A stretch of DNA of 64,000 bases from Podarcis muralis (Eukaryota). The notes under the pieces are model-generated. The model was not told the DNA's origin and ran no database searches. It worked only from the letters and a program-made list of their open reading frames with translations. The stretch is from the NCBI RefSeq assembly GCF_964188315.1, contig NC_135656.1:123566001-123630000 (forward strand), in the 5' to 3' direction. Below, in pieces: positions 1-10,515 of the stretch; the first letter of the stretch is position 1; every line of letters starts with the position of its first letter. The position numbers were made by a program, and so were the translations under genes.

Positions 1-2596
1 CCCAGTGTGAATTCGTTGATGTACAGTAAGTATTTCCCTATCCCTAAAGCTCTTTCCACACTCCATACATTTAAAAGGTTTCTCCCGTGTGTGAGTTCGT
101 AGATGTACAGTAAGGTGTGAACACTGCCTGAAGCTCTTTCCACACTTTATACATTTATATGGTTTTTCCCCTGTGTGAGTCCGTTGATGAATTCTAAGGC
201 TGCTACTATAAGCAAAACTTTTTCCACACGCCATGCATTTAAATGGTTTATCCCCTGTGTGAATTCGTTGATGTCTAGTGAAGTTTCCATTTTTACTGAA
301 GCTCTTTCCACTCTCCATGCATTTAAAGTGTTTCTCCCCTGTGTTAGTTTGTAGATGTGTGCTAAGGTGATCACTCATGCTGAAGTACTTTACAGATGGC
401 CCCTCAAAATTCTGATTGTCTTCTCCATCACCTGGTTTAAAGTGGGGGATAAAGAAATATTGTTGGGTATTCAAGGAAGAGAACCAGAGAACTTAACACA
501 CAGCAAGACCAATCAGCACCTTCTCTTAACTTAACACCTCCAGCATCCTTCCCTCTTCTATGTACTAAAGTTTTCGGAAAGGAAAGGAAATCTGAAAATA
601 ATTTCAAGAAGCCTTAGTATCCAGTTCTACCTTCAACTCGCATGTAACACTGAGCACCAAGAGAACCTTCTGTGCTGAGATGAGGCTCCAGATTTAGTTG
701 GACTCTAAGTACCCTCAACGCAAGCAAAGATGGCCAATGACCAGGGATGATGGGAGTTGTAGTACAGCAACCTCTGGAGGGACACATCTTCCCCCCTCCT
801 GTGAAAATGCTATGCCTCTGTATTCAGTTTTCTCCTTCCTCCATGATCTGTAATATCTCACTGATACATTCCAACCAACTGTACACATCGCCTAAACCTG
901 CACCAGGATGCTGGGAAAGATGGGCCCTCATTCTGATCCAAAAGGGCTCTTTTTATATTCCTACACACTGAAAGGAGACATAGAAATGACAGTCTCACAC
1001 AAATTGGAAGTATGTACCTCTCAATTGGTCCAGGACAACATCCCTGTATTTTTCTGTTCCAAGCGAGGAGGTGAGCTCAGACCTGGGTATCAGAGTCTCT
1101 GCTATGTGGAATAAGAAAATCAGAAGAGCTCTTTATGTCATATGTGACTGTAAAAACATTCAAAAATATTAATCTTGTGAACAAAGATAGCAAAGTATCT
1201 GGTGGCCCATTAAAAGTTGATAAACGACACTGACTAGCACACCTCATGCCACCATTATTACCCTGTGAGCCTCTTTGTAGTTTTTACATAGGTTTTGGGG
1301 GGAAATTCATACCACAATATCAGCTTACGAAGAGTTACCTACTGACAAAAGTACAGAGTTGCTATAAACTACAATCTTCAACATCAACTTCATTGGGCTG
1401 GTCATGTTGTTCGGATGCCTGATTATTGCCTTCAAAAGAAACCACTCTATTCCCAATTTAAGAATGGAAAGAGAAATAACAGAGGACAACAAAATAGGTT
1501 TCAAGATGCTCTCAAGGGAAATTTTTAAAAATGCAGTATAATCTCATAAAATTGGGAAACATTGGCCTGCAAGCACTCCCATTGGAGAATAAAGGTAAAG
1601 GTAAATGGACCCCTGACCATTAGGTCCAGTCGTGGCTGACTCTGGAGCTGCGGCACTCATCTCACTTTATTGGCTGAGGGAGCCGGCGTACAGCTTCCGG
1701 GTCATGTGACCAGCATGACTATAAGCCGCTTCTGGCAAACCAGAGCAGCACACGGAACGCCGTTTACCTTCCCGCCGGAGCGGTACCTATTTATCTACTT
1801 GCACTTTGACGTCCTTTCAAACTGCTAGGTTGGCAGGAGCAGGGACCGAGCAACGGGAGCTCACCCCGTTGAGGAGATTCGAACCGCCGACCATCTGATC
1901 AGCAAGTCCTAGGCTCTGTGGTTTAACCCACAGCGCCACCCGCCCTTTACCAAAGGTGTAAAGAACTTTGAAGAAACACAAACTCAGGCCAAAAGGGAGA
2001 AACAAGCTAAGAGGAAAGCATGTATGGCAAAACTTCAATGTGATTAATTCCTGACCAGAAACCTATGTCCCCACTGCGGAACGATGTGCGGATCCAGAAT
2101 TGGACTCACTTATGGACACACCATTAAGATCATGTTCATGGAAGACAATCTTACTCGGCTATGAGTGGTCACCAAAGAAGAAGACATGACATGAACAAAT
2201 GGCTCAAACAGGAGATTCACACCTTCAACATCTAACAGCCAGGAGGAATAAAAATCTGCCCTTACCCAGAGAGGCCACCATCTCATAATTCTCCTCCATG
2301 ACTTCCTTGTGCAGAGCTCTTTGGCCAGGATCCAGCAGAGCCCACTCCTCCTCTGTGAAAAACACAGCCACCTCCTCAAAGGTCAAGAGGGCCTGGAAGA
2401 AGAAGAAAACAACAACAGAGCTTCTCTTAGATCCTCATCATCCCCACTCAACACAGAGGGAGGCTGGGTGGTCCCATCTGTGCCTCTTCCCTCCTCCCGG
2501 CTCCCGTTGCTCTTTCCCTACCTGAGGAAGCTGCCTGGCTCCTCTTTTCACTCCACCTCTGAGAAGAGGCCGTTCAGAGGGGGTCTCGGAGGCCAT
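1..2596 (-). CDS. KRAB C2H2 zinc-finger gene A (3'-partial, runs off window). Exons 2596-2522, 2392-2266 (KRAB-A), 1101-1018 (KRAB-B-like), 431-<1 (finger exon)
   Basis: The 127-nt AG/GT-bounded exon encodes [42 protein letters not shown] (KRAB-A). Phases 0/1/1 join in frame. The last exon is open to the edge with TGEKP linkers and fingers such as [21 protein letters not shown]; its first finger lacks the second Cys (CMESG). All exons are conserved in the paralog. Confidence 0.9.
1360..2184 (+). mobile_element. RTE-clade LINE 3' remnant (interrupted by a Sauria SINE)
   Basis: Translates to [15 protein letters not shown] and a C-terminal [14 protein letters not shown] knuckle, with a gaagaaga tail. 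Paralogous piece at ~13610-13980. Confidence 0.7.
1591..1945 (-). mobile_element. Sauria SINE
   Basis: tRNA-derived head (GGGTGGCGCTGTGGGTTAAACCACAGAGCC...GGTTCGAATC) and an ACCTTT-type tail. Absent at the paralogous site ~13840. Confidence 0.9.
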
Positions 2597-2824
2597 TGCG
2601 CTGCCAGTGGAAAGGACGGAGGAGGAGGAGGTGTAAACTGGGCCACTTCTGGGACTCTCTCAGCTGTTGCCACAATGCACTTCAATGCAGGGAGCAGCTC
2701 TTTAAGGAGAACAATGCAGAAATTATTATTATTATTATTATTATTGATTTAATCTATATACCACCCTATTCCAGGAGTTCTATGGGCAGTTCACAGAAAA
2801 GCAGGTTTTTTTAGGGAGACATTT

Positions 2825-2854
2825 CTAATAATGATGATAATAATATTATTATTA

Positions 2855-2903
<49 letters not shown>

Positions 2904-5900
2904 TTATTATTTGTACCCCGCCCATCTGGGCGGCTTCCACAGAGACCAAAAATACACTAAAATGTCACACATTAAAAACTTCCCTGAACAGGGCTGCCTT
3001 AAGATGTCTTCTGAATGTCAGGTAGTTGTTTATCGCTTTGGCATCTGATGGCAGGGCATTTCATAGGGCAGGCGCCACTACCGAGAAGGCCCTCTGCCTG
3101 GTTGCCTGTGGCTTTGCTTCTCGCAGGGAGGGAACCGCCAGAAGGCCCTTGGTGCTGGACCTCAGCGTCCGCGCAGAACGATGGGGGTGGAGACGCTCCT
3201 TCAGGTATACAGGACCGAGGCCTTTTAAGGCTTTCAAGGTCAACACCAACACTTTGAATTGTGCTTGGAAACGTACTGGGAGCCAATGTAGGTCTTTCAA
3301 GACCGGTGTTATATAGTCTCGGCGGCCGCCCCCAGTCACCAGTCTAGCTGCCGCATTCTGGATTAGTTGTAGTTTCCAGGTCACCTTCAAAGGTATCCCC
3401 ATGTAGAGCGCATTGCAGTAGTACAAGCAGGAGATTACTAGAGCATGCACCACTCTGGAGAGACAGTCCGCGAGCAGGTAGGGTCTCAGCCTGCGTACCA
3501 GGTGGAGATGGTAGACAGCTGCCCTGGATACAGAATTGACCTGCACCTCCATGGACAGCTGTGAGTCCAAAATGACTCCCAGGCTGTGCTCCTGGTCCTT
3601 CAGGGGCACAGTTACCCCATTCAGGACCAGGGAGTCCTCCACACCAGCCCACCCCGTCCCCCCAAAACAGTACTTCTGTCTTGTCAGGATTCAACCTCAA
3701 TCCATTAGCCGCCATCCATCCTCCAACCGCCTCCAGGCACTCACATAGGACCTTCACTGGTTCTGATTTGAAAGAGAGGTAGAGCTGGGTATCATCTGCA
3801 TATTGATGGACACCCAGTCCAAACCCCTTGATGATCTCTCCCAGCAGCTTCATATAGATGTTAAAAAGCATGGGGGAGAGGACGGAACCCTGAGGCACCT
3901 CACAAGTGAGGGCCCAGGGGTCTGAACACTCATTCCCCCCCCCCACCACTTTCTGAACACGGCCCAGGAGGAAGAAGCGGAACCACTGTATGACAGTGCC
4001 CCCAGCTCCCAGCCCCTCTAGACGGTCCAGAAGGATGTTATGGTCGATTGTATCAAAGGCCGCTGAGAGATCCAGCAGAACTAGGAAACAGCTCTCACCT
4101 TTGTCCCTAGCTCGCCGGAGATCATCAACTAGCGCGACCAAGGCAGTTTCAGTCCCATGATGAGGCCTGAATCCTGATTGGAAGGGATCCAAATGGTCCG
4201 CATCCTCCAGGCATGCCTGGAGTTGTTCAGCAACCACTCGCTCAATCACCTTACCCAAGAATGGAAGATTTGAGACTGGGCGATAGTTGGCCATACTGGC
4301 TGGGTCTAAAGATGTTTTTTTTAAGAAGCGGTTTAATGATCGCCTCTTTCAGCGGATCTGGGAACTTTCCCTCACAGAGGGAAGCATTCACCACCCTGCA
4401 AAGCCCATCACCCAGCCCTTCCCGGCTTGCTTTTATTAGCCAGGATGGGCAAGGATCAAGGAGACAGGTGGTTCGTTTCACGCGTCCAAGCAGCCTGTCC
4501 ACATCCTCGAGGGTAACGGATTGAAATTGATTCCATGCAACTTGACCAGACAGGGCTCTAGCACTCTCCCGCCCCAGCCCTGCTCCCACGGTGGTGTCTA
4601 GCTCCTTCCGAATATGAGTGATTTTATCTGCAAAAAAACTTTGCAAAATCGTTGCAGGAGATCTTGGGGTCTTTACAAGGCCCCGGTGGTAAAGGTGGTT
4701 CCGTTAAATTGCGGACCACCTGAGTCTCCTGCTACTATTTTCTGCAGATGTAATAGAGGCGGTGAAGAAAGTCTTCTTCGCCGTCACTATCGCCACTTGG
4801 TAGGCTCGACATTGAGCTCTAACCTGTGTCCAGTCAGATTTGGAATGAGTTTTCTGGCACTGACGCTCTAGCCGTCTCAGCGATTGTTTCATTGCCCTCA
4901 GCGCCGAAGAAAACCACAGGGCTGTCTGGGCTCCATGCAATCGGAGAGGGCGCTTCGGAGCCAGACAGTTGATAGCCGTGGTTAACTCCGCATTCCAGCG
5001 GGCCACCAGGGAATCAGCTGAAAGGCCATCACCATGGGACAAAGCATGCCCTACCACTCTCTGGAAACCATTTGGACCCATTAAGTGGCGGGGACGGACC
5101 ATCCAAATTGGTCCCACCTCCCTGCAGAGGGGAAGGGTCGCAGAGAAGTCCAGTTGCACCAGGAGGTGATCTGACCATGGCACTTCTTTTGTTTCACTTT
5201 TACTTAGTGTCAGATCACCACATCACTAGAGGTGAACACCAGGTCTAAGGCATGTCCATGACTATGAGTTGGGCCAAACTTATTCAGGGACAGCCCCATG
5301 GAGGCCATGCTTTCCACGAAGTCCCGAGCGGCCCCCGGTAAGGGCATGTCGGCATGGTTGTTAAAAATCCCCTAGGACAACCAAACTACTGTAGGTGTCT
5401 CCAGGAGAACATCCGCCACGACCTGAAGCAGCTCGGACAAGGAATCCTTGGTGCAGTGGGGAGGTCGGTACACCAAAAGGAATCCTGTACTGCCTCTATT
5501 GCCCAACTTCCAGAACATGCACTCAGAGAACTGGGTCCTCCTAGTAGGACGCCTGATGCAAGCTAATGACTTCCTAAAAATCACTGCAACCCCCCCTCCC
5601 CACCCACATGACCTGGGTTGCTGTGCATAAGAGAAACCTGGTGGGCAAGCAGCGGCAAGGAGAGGCCCATCTGCTTTATCCAACCAGGTCTTTGTCACAC
5701 GTGCCAGGTCAAATCCTCCATCCACAATCAAGTCGTGGATGGCAGTGCTTTTATTCATCATTGCATTACACAGCAACACCTTCAGGTCATGTGGGTTTCC
5801 CCTGTTGATTCCAGTATCCATCCGGTCAAGGCCAGACCCGGAGGCAGGGATAGTCTTCAAACAACGACTAAACCTGCCTCCTCGGTAATGACATGGTCTG

Positions 5901-6197
5901 GTCTTAGCGTAACTCCTCCTCCTGCCCATGATCATAGAGATTGGATGTCCCAGTGCTCCCCCCCCCCCCCGTGGAACTTGTCCCAGCCATTGTGTTGGCT
6001 GGGGCCCCACTCCCAGGCAGCCCTGATCCCACCCCTTAAAAATAAAACACAAACTATACACAACCAATAAAACAACAAAAAACAAAAACAGAACAATTAT
6101 ACTAAAATTAATCCACAACCAAATATCCATAACACCAACCCACCCCCAACAAAGGAAAAAAAGGGGGGGGGAATTAAAATGCCACCGACTGCTTGAG
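2825..6197 (-). mobile_element. L2-clade LINE, near full length, frameshifted ORF2 (APE endonuclease + RT)
   Basis: ORF pieces 5372-6202 (GGGVAV, VYRPP), 4704-5183, 4251-4646, 3344-4294 (NYRPVSNLPFLGK, QSGFR, DLSAAFDT, YADD) and 3061-3642; (AAT)n tail at ~2830-2910. Empty site in the paralog near 14600. Confidence 0.92.
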
Positions 6198-6243
6198 GAC
6201 ATTTTAAAACACAGATAGCATACCTTTTACAAATTATAAATAT

Positions 6244-6691
6244 TGTAGCCTTATTAGACTTCACCGACTGGTGGGGTCTGCGTTGCTCCCGGGAGGGAGG
6301 AAGGAAATCAAATGACACCAAGGTTGATTCAGAGAAAGAGTTTATTCTGCTCTCCGGATAGCAGAAGGCACTTGCGTGGTCAGTCCACAGCAAGTCCAAA
6401 GAAATGAGACATTTCATGCAGTAAATATATCCTCCAGGCACCCTCCCCAGGAATCCAGCCACGTCAGCTTATACATCACAGATGTTCCTGCTCCAGTACT
6501 CTTAACCATAAAAGTGTTTTCCTCTTCCTGTACTCTTGACCATAAAAGGGTGTTCCTATTCCTGTTCCTATTCTCTTATCTCGGAGCAAGAGGTCACCAA
6601 CTCCTGGCGCCATTCCCGGACTAAGTCTGTGCGTCAGAGTGTGGCAAGGATGTAAAATAAGATAGACACTGGAACAGCCAAGGCTGCCACA
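6244..6691 (-). mobile_element. Putative solo LTR (ERV-like)
   Basis: TGT...ACA termini, tandem ~34-nt internal repeats (gtactcttRaccataaaag...), TATA-like motif then AATAAA on the minus strand. No TSD found. Confidence 0.5.
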
Positions 6692-8130
6692 GACTGATAA
6701 AGGAGAGCTCTTTGAGCACTTGTTTATACAGCTGGGTTTTTGGCTGAAGAGTTAGAGCATTTTAGAAATGCTCCCTTGGAGGAGAAAAAATGGGGATTTT
6801 GGGTCAGTTTCAAACTGACTGCACATAAACCCAGTCCTTCAATATCAATACTCATAAACTCATGCTCATAAATTCTAATTACAAAGGCAGGGAACTAGGA
6901 GGATGTAATTCTTTCTACAGGAACTTTATAATAGTAAGTTGCCTCAGTCTTTAGGGGACCTTCAGCTTCGGATTGTAAAGTTCTAGGATCAAATCCTAAA
7001 CTCTTAATGAAGCTTTGCAGAAAGCATTACGGTCCCAAGAGGAAATCAGGAGAAGCCTCTCTTTGGAAAGAAAAAGCATGAAAAACTGTTCTCCCTTCTC
7101 CTTTCCCCAAGTCCAGCTGGGGAGGGGGCATTTCTTTAATTCCTCCAGTCTTTGCCTTGAACATATTTAAAGGGCTTCTCAGACCTTGATCAGTTTCAAA
7201 TCCTGCCAACCATGGGCCCATTTCCCTTGCCAAGCAGGAGGAAAACTGACAGGTGCTTTTTCATGCTTCAGGAAATGAAAAATGCGCCTCTTCCCTCCAG
7301 TTTTGGGGCACAAAAGCAGCACAGCAACCCCTCCCCAACTGCACCCCCCAACATGGGAAACCCAACAAGGCTCTTTCCTTTGTGCCAAAGCAACCTCAGC
7401 CTGTCAGACTAGGATTTCTGAAAGGGGAGCTGGGGGGGGGCAGTGTTCCAGGCTGAGTGTGAAGAAATACATAAAAATGCGTTAGGAGGCTGGGTCTAAG
7501 ATGGGGGGGGGGCGTCACCTGGTGACTTTCATTGCATAGGTGCCAGCTCCCTGGGTCCCTGAGCACCCACCCATTTCCCCATGAAGGGGTCGGGCACCCA
7601 CAAATTTCGGTGCCTGGGCGATGCTCCCTGCATGGCACCCACACCCCCGGGGACCCACGGTCGTGGGGTGAAACTGGCACAACTGGTTCCCTGTTCCAAT
7701 CAGGCTGGGTGGGGGGGGGGAGCCCTTCTCTAGTTCGTCTCGGGAAGCAAAATGTCTCCCCCCCCCCCCGGGAGTCTGGTTGATCTCTCCGCTTCCAAGA
7801 GGATCCTGCAATGCAAACCTTGTTTGGGGGAGAGGACGCCCCTCCCTTCTGCAACCGATTGCACGTTGCCTCTCCTGGTTCCCAGAGGGAAAGGGGGGAG
7901 CCCTTCCTTGCTTTCATCCCCCCCCCACCTTCTTCCCTCCCCCCTGCCCTGTTTGTAGATTCATGGGGAGGAAATGCAAATTCTTCTCCCTCCCTGCACC
8001 CCAAATCACACCCCCCCCTCGAAATGTTGCACCTTTCCCCTCCTCCTTCGCAGGCCTCCTTCTCTTCCGGGGATGTGCATTGGGACCCCACCCCTCCAAC
8101 ATTAACTCTACTCCCCCCCCCGCCCTGCTC

Positions 8131-8142
8131 CGTCACTTCCTG
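8131..8142 (-). promoter_or_regulatory. ETS/half-CRE composite motif (CAGGAAGTGACG) in the GC-rich putative promoter of ZNF gene A
   Basis: The motif sits in a GC-rich block with many poly-C/G runs upstream of the gene and is conserved exactly in the paralog at 17897-17908. The TSS was not determined. Confidence 0.45.
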
Positions 8143-8859
8143 CCTCTCTAGGAAGCGAGTTTGTTCACCCAGGGTGACCCCCCTCCCTGCAAGCAGAGAC
8201 CTAGGAATGTAGTGGGAAGGGACTCCCCCCCCCCCCCCATGCTTTGGATGCAGGAGGTCCCAGGTGCAATCCTGGCAGGCAAAGAGACCCTGTTGGCATC
8301 CGTCTGTCTCGGGAGGCGATGGAGGAGGGGGCCTTTGGGGGTGAAGTCCAACTGTGGGCAGCTTGCAGCACCTGCAAATGCAAATGTCATGGGCAAATGC
8401 TCAATGCCAGCAGAGAGAGGAGCAGATCCAGATGAACTCTGCTTTCAGCCTCCTATACTGCCTGCTCTTTCTACAGATTTCTGAAACATGGGCCAGTTAT
8501 GGGGGGAAGATTCCTCTCTCCACAGGGAAATGACTCTCCTGAAACCACTGGCAATGACCACATTTCCCTGCGCCACCTTCCCTCCCCATGTTGGTTGTTC
8601 CCCTCAGCACCTCCTTTATTCCAGCTGCCACCAGGGATTTTATGCACTTTGCTGTTAATGTAGCCATGAATATGAAGGGAAGGTAAAACAATGAATTTAT
8701 AAAATATAAACAACGTAGGATTTATAAAATATAAACAACGTAGGATATTTTAAGGATTACTTTCCAGTCTTTTGTGTTTTCGTTGTTCCTTTATTGCAAC
8801 TATAAAAATGTGATTTATGCTGCTGTTATAATAATAATAATAATAATATTAATATTTAT

Positions 8860-8863
8860 TAAA

Positions 8864-8896
<33 letters not shown>

Positions 8897-9186
8897 TATA
8901 CCCCGCCCATCTGGCTGGGTCCCCCCAGCCACTCTGGGCGGCTTCCAACAAAACACTAAAATACAATAACCTATTAAACATTAAAAGCTTCCCTAAACAG
9001 GGCTGCCTTTAGATGTCTTCTAAAAGTTTGGTAGTTATTTTTCTCTTTGACAACTGGTGGCAGGGCGTTCCACAGGGCAGGCGCCACTACCGAGAAGGCC
9101 CTCTGCCTGGTTTCCTGTAACTTGGCTTCTCGCAGCGAGGGAACCACCAGAAGGCCCTCGGCACTGGACCTCAGTGTCCTGGCAGA
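8860..9186 (-). mobile_element. L2 3' remnant with (AAT)n tail
   Basis: Matches the 3' end of the 2825-6197 element. Confidence 0.8.
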
Positions 9187-9423
9187 AACTGGGAGTTGGA
9201 CTAGAAGACCTTGGACTCCCTTTCAACTCCAGAGTTCTAGGATTCCAGAGCCAACCCTGCTTCCTAAACACCATTGTTGTGCTCTACTTTCCCCAACTCT
9301 TGATTCCCAATTCTCTCTGCCAAAGACCAAATATCAGTGGATTCTCAGCCCATGTTCACACTCAATGAGTCCTCGAGAGTCACATTCTGCACATCCCTAA
9401 CAGTACATTGCATCTTTCATATA

Positions 9424-9649
9424 CAATGGTACCTGAGGTTAAGTACTTAATTCGTTCTGGAGGCCCGTTCTTAACCTGAAACTGTTCTTAACCTGAAGCG
9501 CCACTTTAGCTAATGGGGCCTCCTGCTGCCGCCATGCCACCGGAGCCCGATTTCTGTTCTCATCCTGAAGCAAAGTTCTTAACCTGAAGTACTATTTCTG
9601 GGTTAGCAGAGTCTGTAACCTGAAGCATATGTAACCAGAGGCACCACTG
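9424..9649. mobile_element. Tc1/mariner (Tigger-like) MITE
   Basis: CAGTGGTACCTCGGGTTA-type TIRs flanked by TA. Same family at 42704, 60547 and (partial) 18826. Confidence 0.85.
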
Positions 9650-9849
9650 TATGAGACATTACCTTCATTGCCTTAATACATGTATGTACAACTTTCCATA
9701 CAGACATCAGAAAATCAAAATTACTCCATGCATTTACAATTGATATTTCCTTATATGAGTTTGCTGATATGAGGGACAAAGTGAACTCTGCGGGGAAAAC
9801 ATGACATCCTCCATAAAACTAAATGGGTTCTCCCCCGTAACACTATGTA

Positions 9850-10515
9850 TGTGCTTATTAAGAACTTCATTATAACTGAAATACTTTCCACACTCCATTT
9901 AAACAGTTGCTTCTCTGTGAGATCTTTGATGTCTTCTAAGAGTTCCATTTCCATTGAAGCCCTTTCCACACTCTATACATTTAAATGGTTTCTCCCCTGT
10001 ATTAGTTCGTTGATGTCTTTTAAGAGCTCCATTCCGATTAAAGCACTTCCCACAATTCATACATTTAAATGGTTTTTTTCCCTTTGTGAGTTCGTTGATG
10101 TGTAGTAAGGCTTGCACTCTGACTTAAGCTCTTTCCACATACCATACATCTAAATCAGGCATGTCCAAAGTCGGATTATTCCGGCCCCTGTGGCAGTTTA
10201 TTTCCTGGGGTAAAATCCTAAAAAACCCTCAAAAACCTTGGGGGGAAATCCCGCCAAAAGCTCAACAACTTCAATCCTAAAAAAACAACTTTGGTCAGCC
10301 CCCACGCATATTCACTTCTTCAAATCTGGCCCTCATTGAAAAAAGTTTGGACACCCCCGATCTAAACGGTTTCTCCCCTGTGTGAATTTGTTGATGTATG
10401 GCAAGTCTCCAATTTTTACTGAAGCTCTTCCCACTCCATACATCTAAATGGTTTTCCCTGTGTGAATTCATTGATATTAGATAAGTCTTCCATTTTTACT
10501 GAAGCTCTTTCAGCA
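9850..10515 (-). pseudogene. Decayed zinc-finger repeats downstream of the gene B stop codon (3' UTR)
   Basis: Finger/linker-like sequence continues past the TAG (e.g. ORF 9899..10117 [40 protein letters not shown]) with stops and frameshifts, and is interrupted by a hAT MITE. Confidence 0.85.
10156..10359. mobile_element. hAT (Charlie-like) MITE inside decayed fingers
   Basis: Imperfect TIR CAGGCATGTCCAAA / TTTGGACACCCCCG; 8-bp TSD atctaaat/atctaaac. Confidence 0.8.

Noticed and set aside
2601-2603. Splice acceptor immediately before the ZNF-A ATG
   Set aside because: The AG is not conserved in paralog B; an upstream acceptor (~2700 / ~14490) is shared and more plausible.
2831-3025. Poly-Ile ORFs (also 8774, 28502, 28617)
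   Set aside because: Translations of (ATT)n/(AAT)n LINE tails.
7396-8212. ORFs of 246 aa and shorter in the GC-rich block
   Set aside because: Low-complexity G/P-rich translations; frames are not conserved in the paralog (17528-18120).
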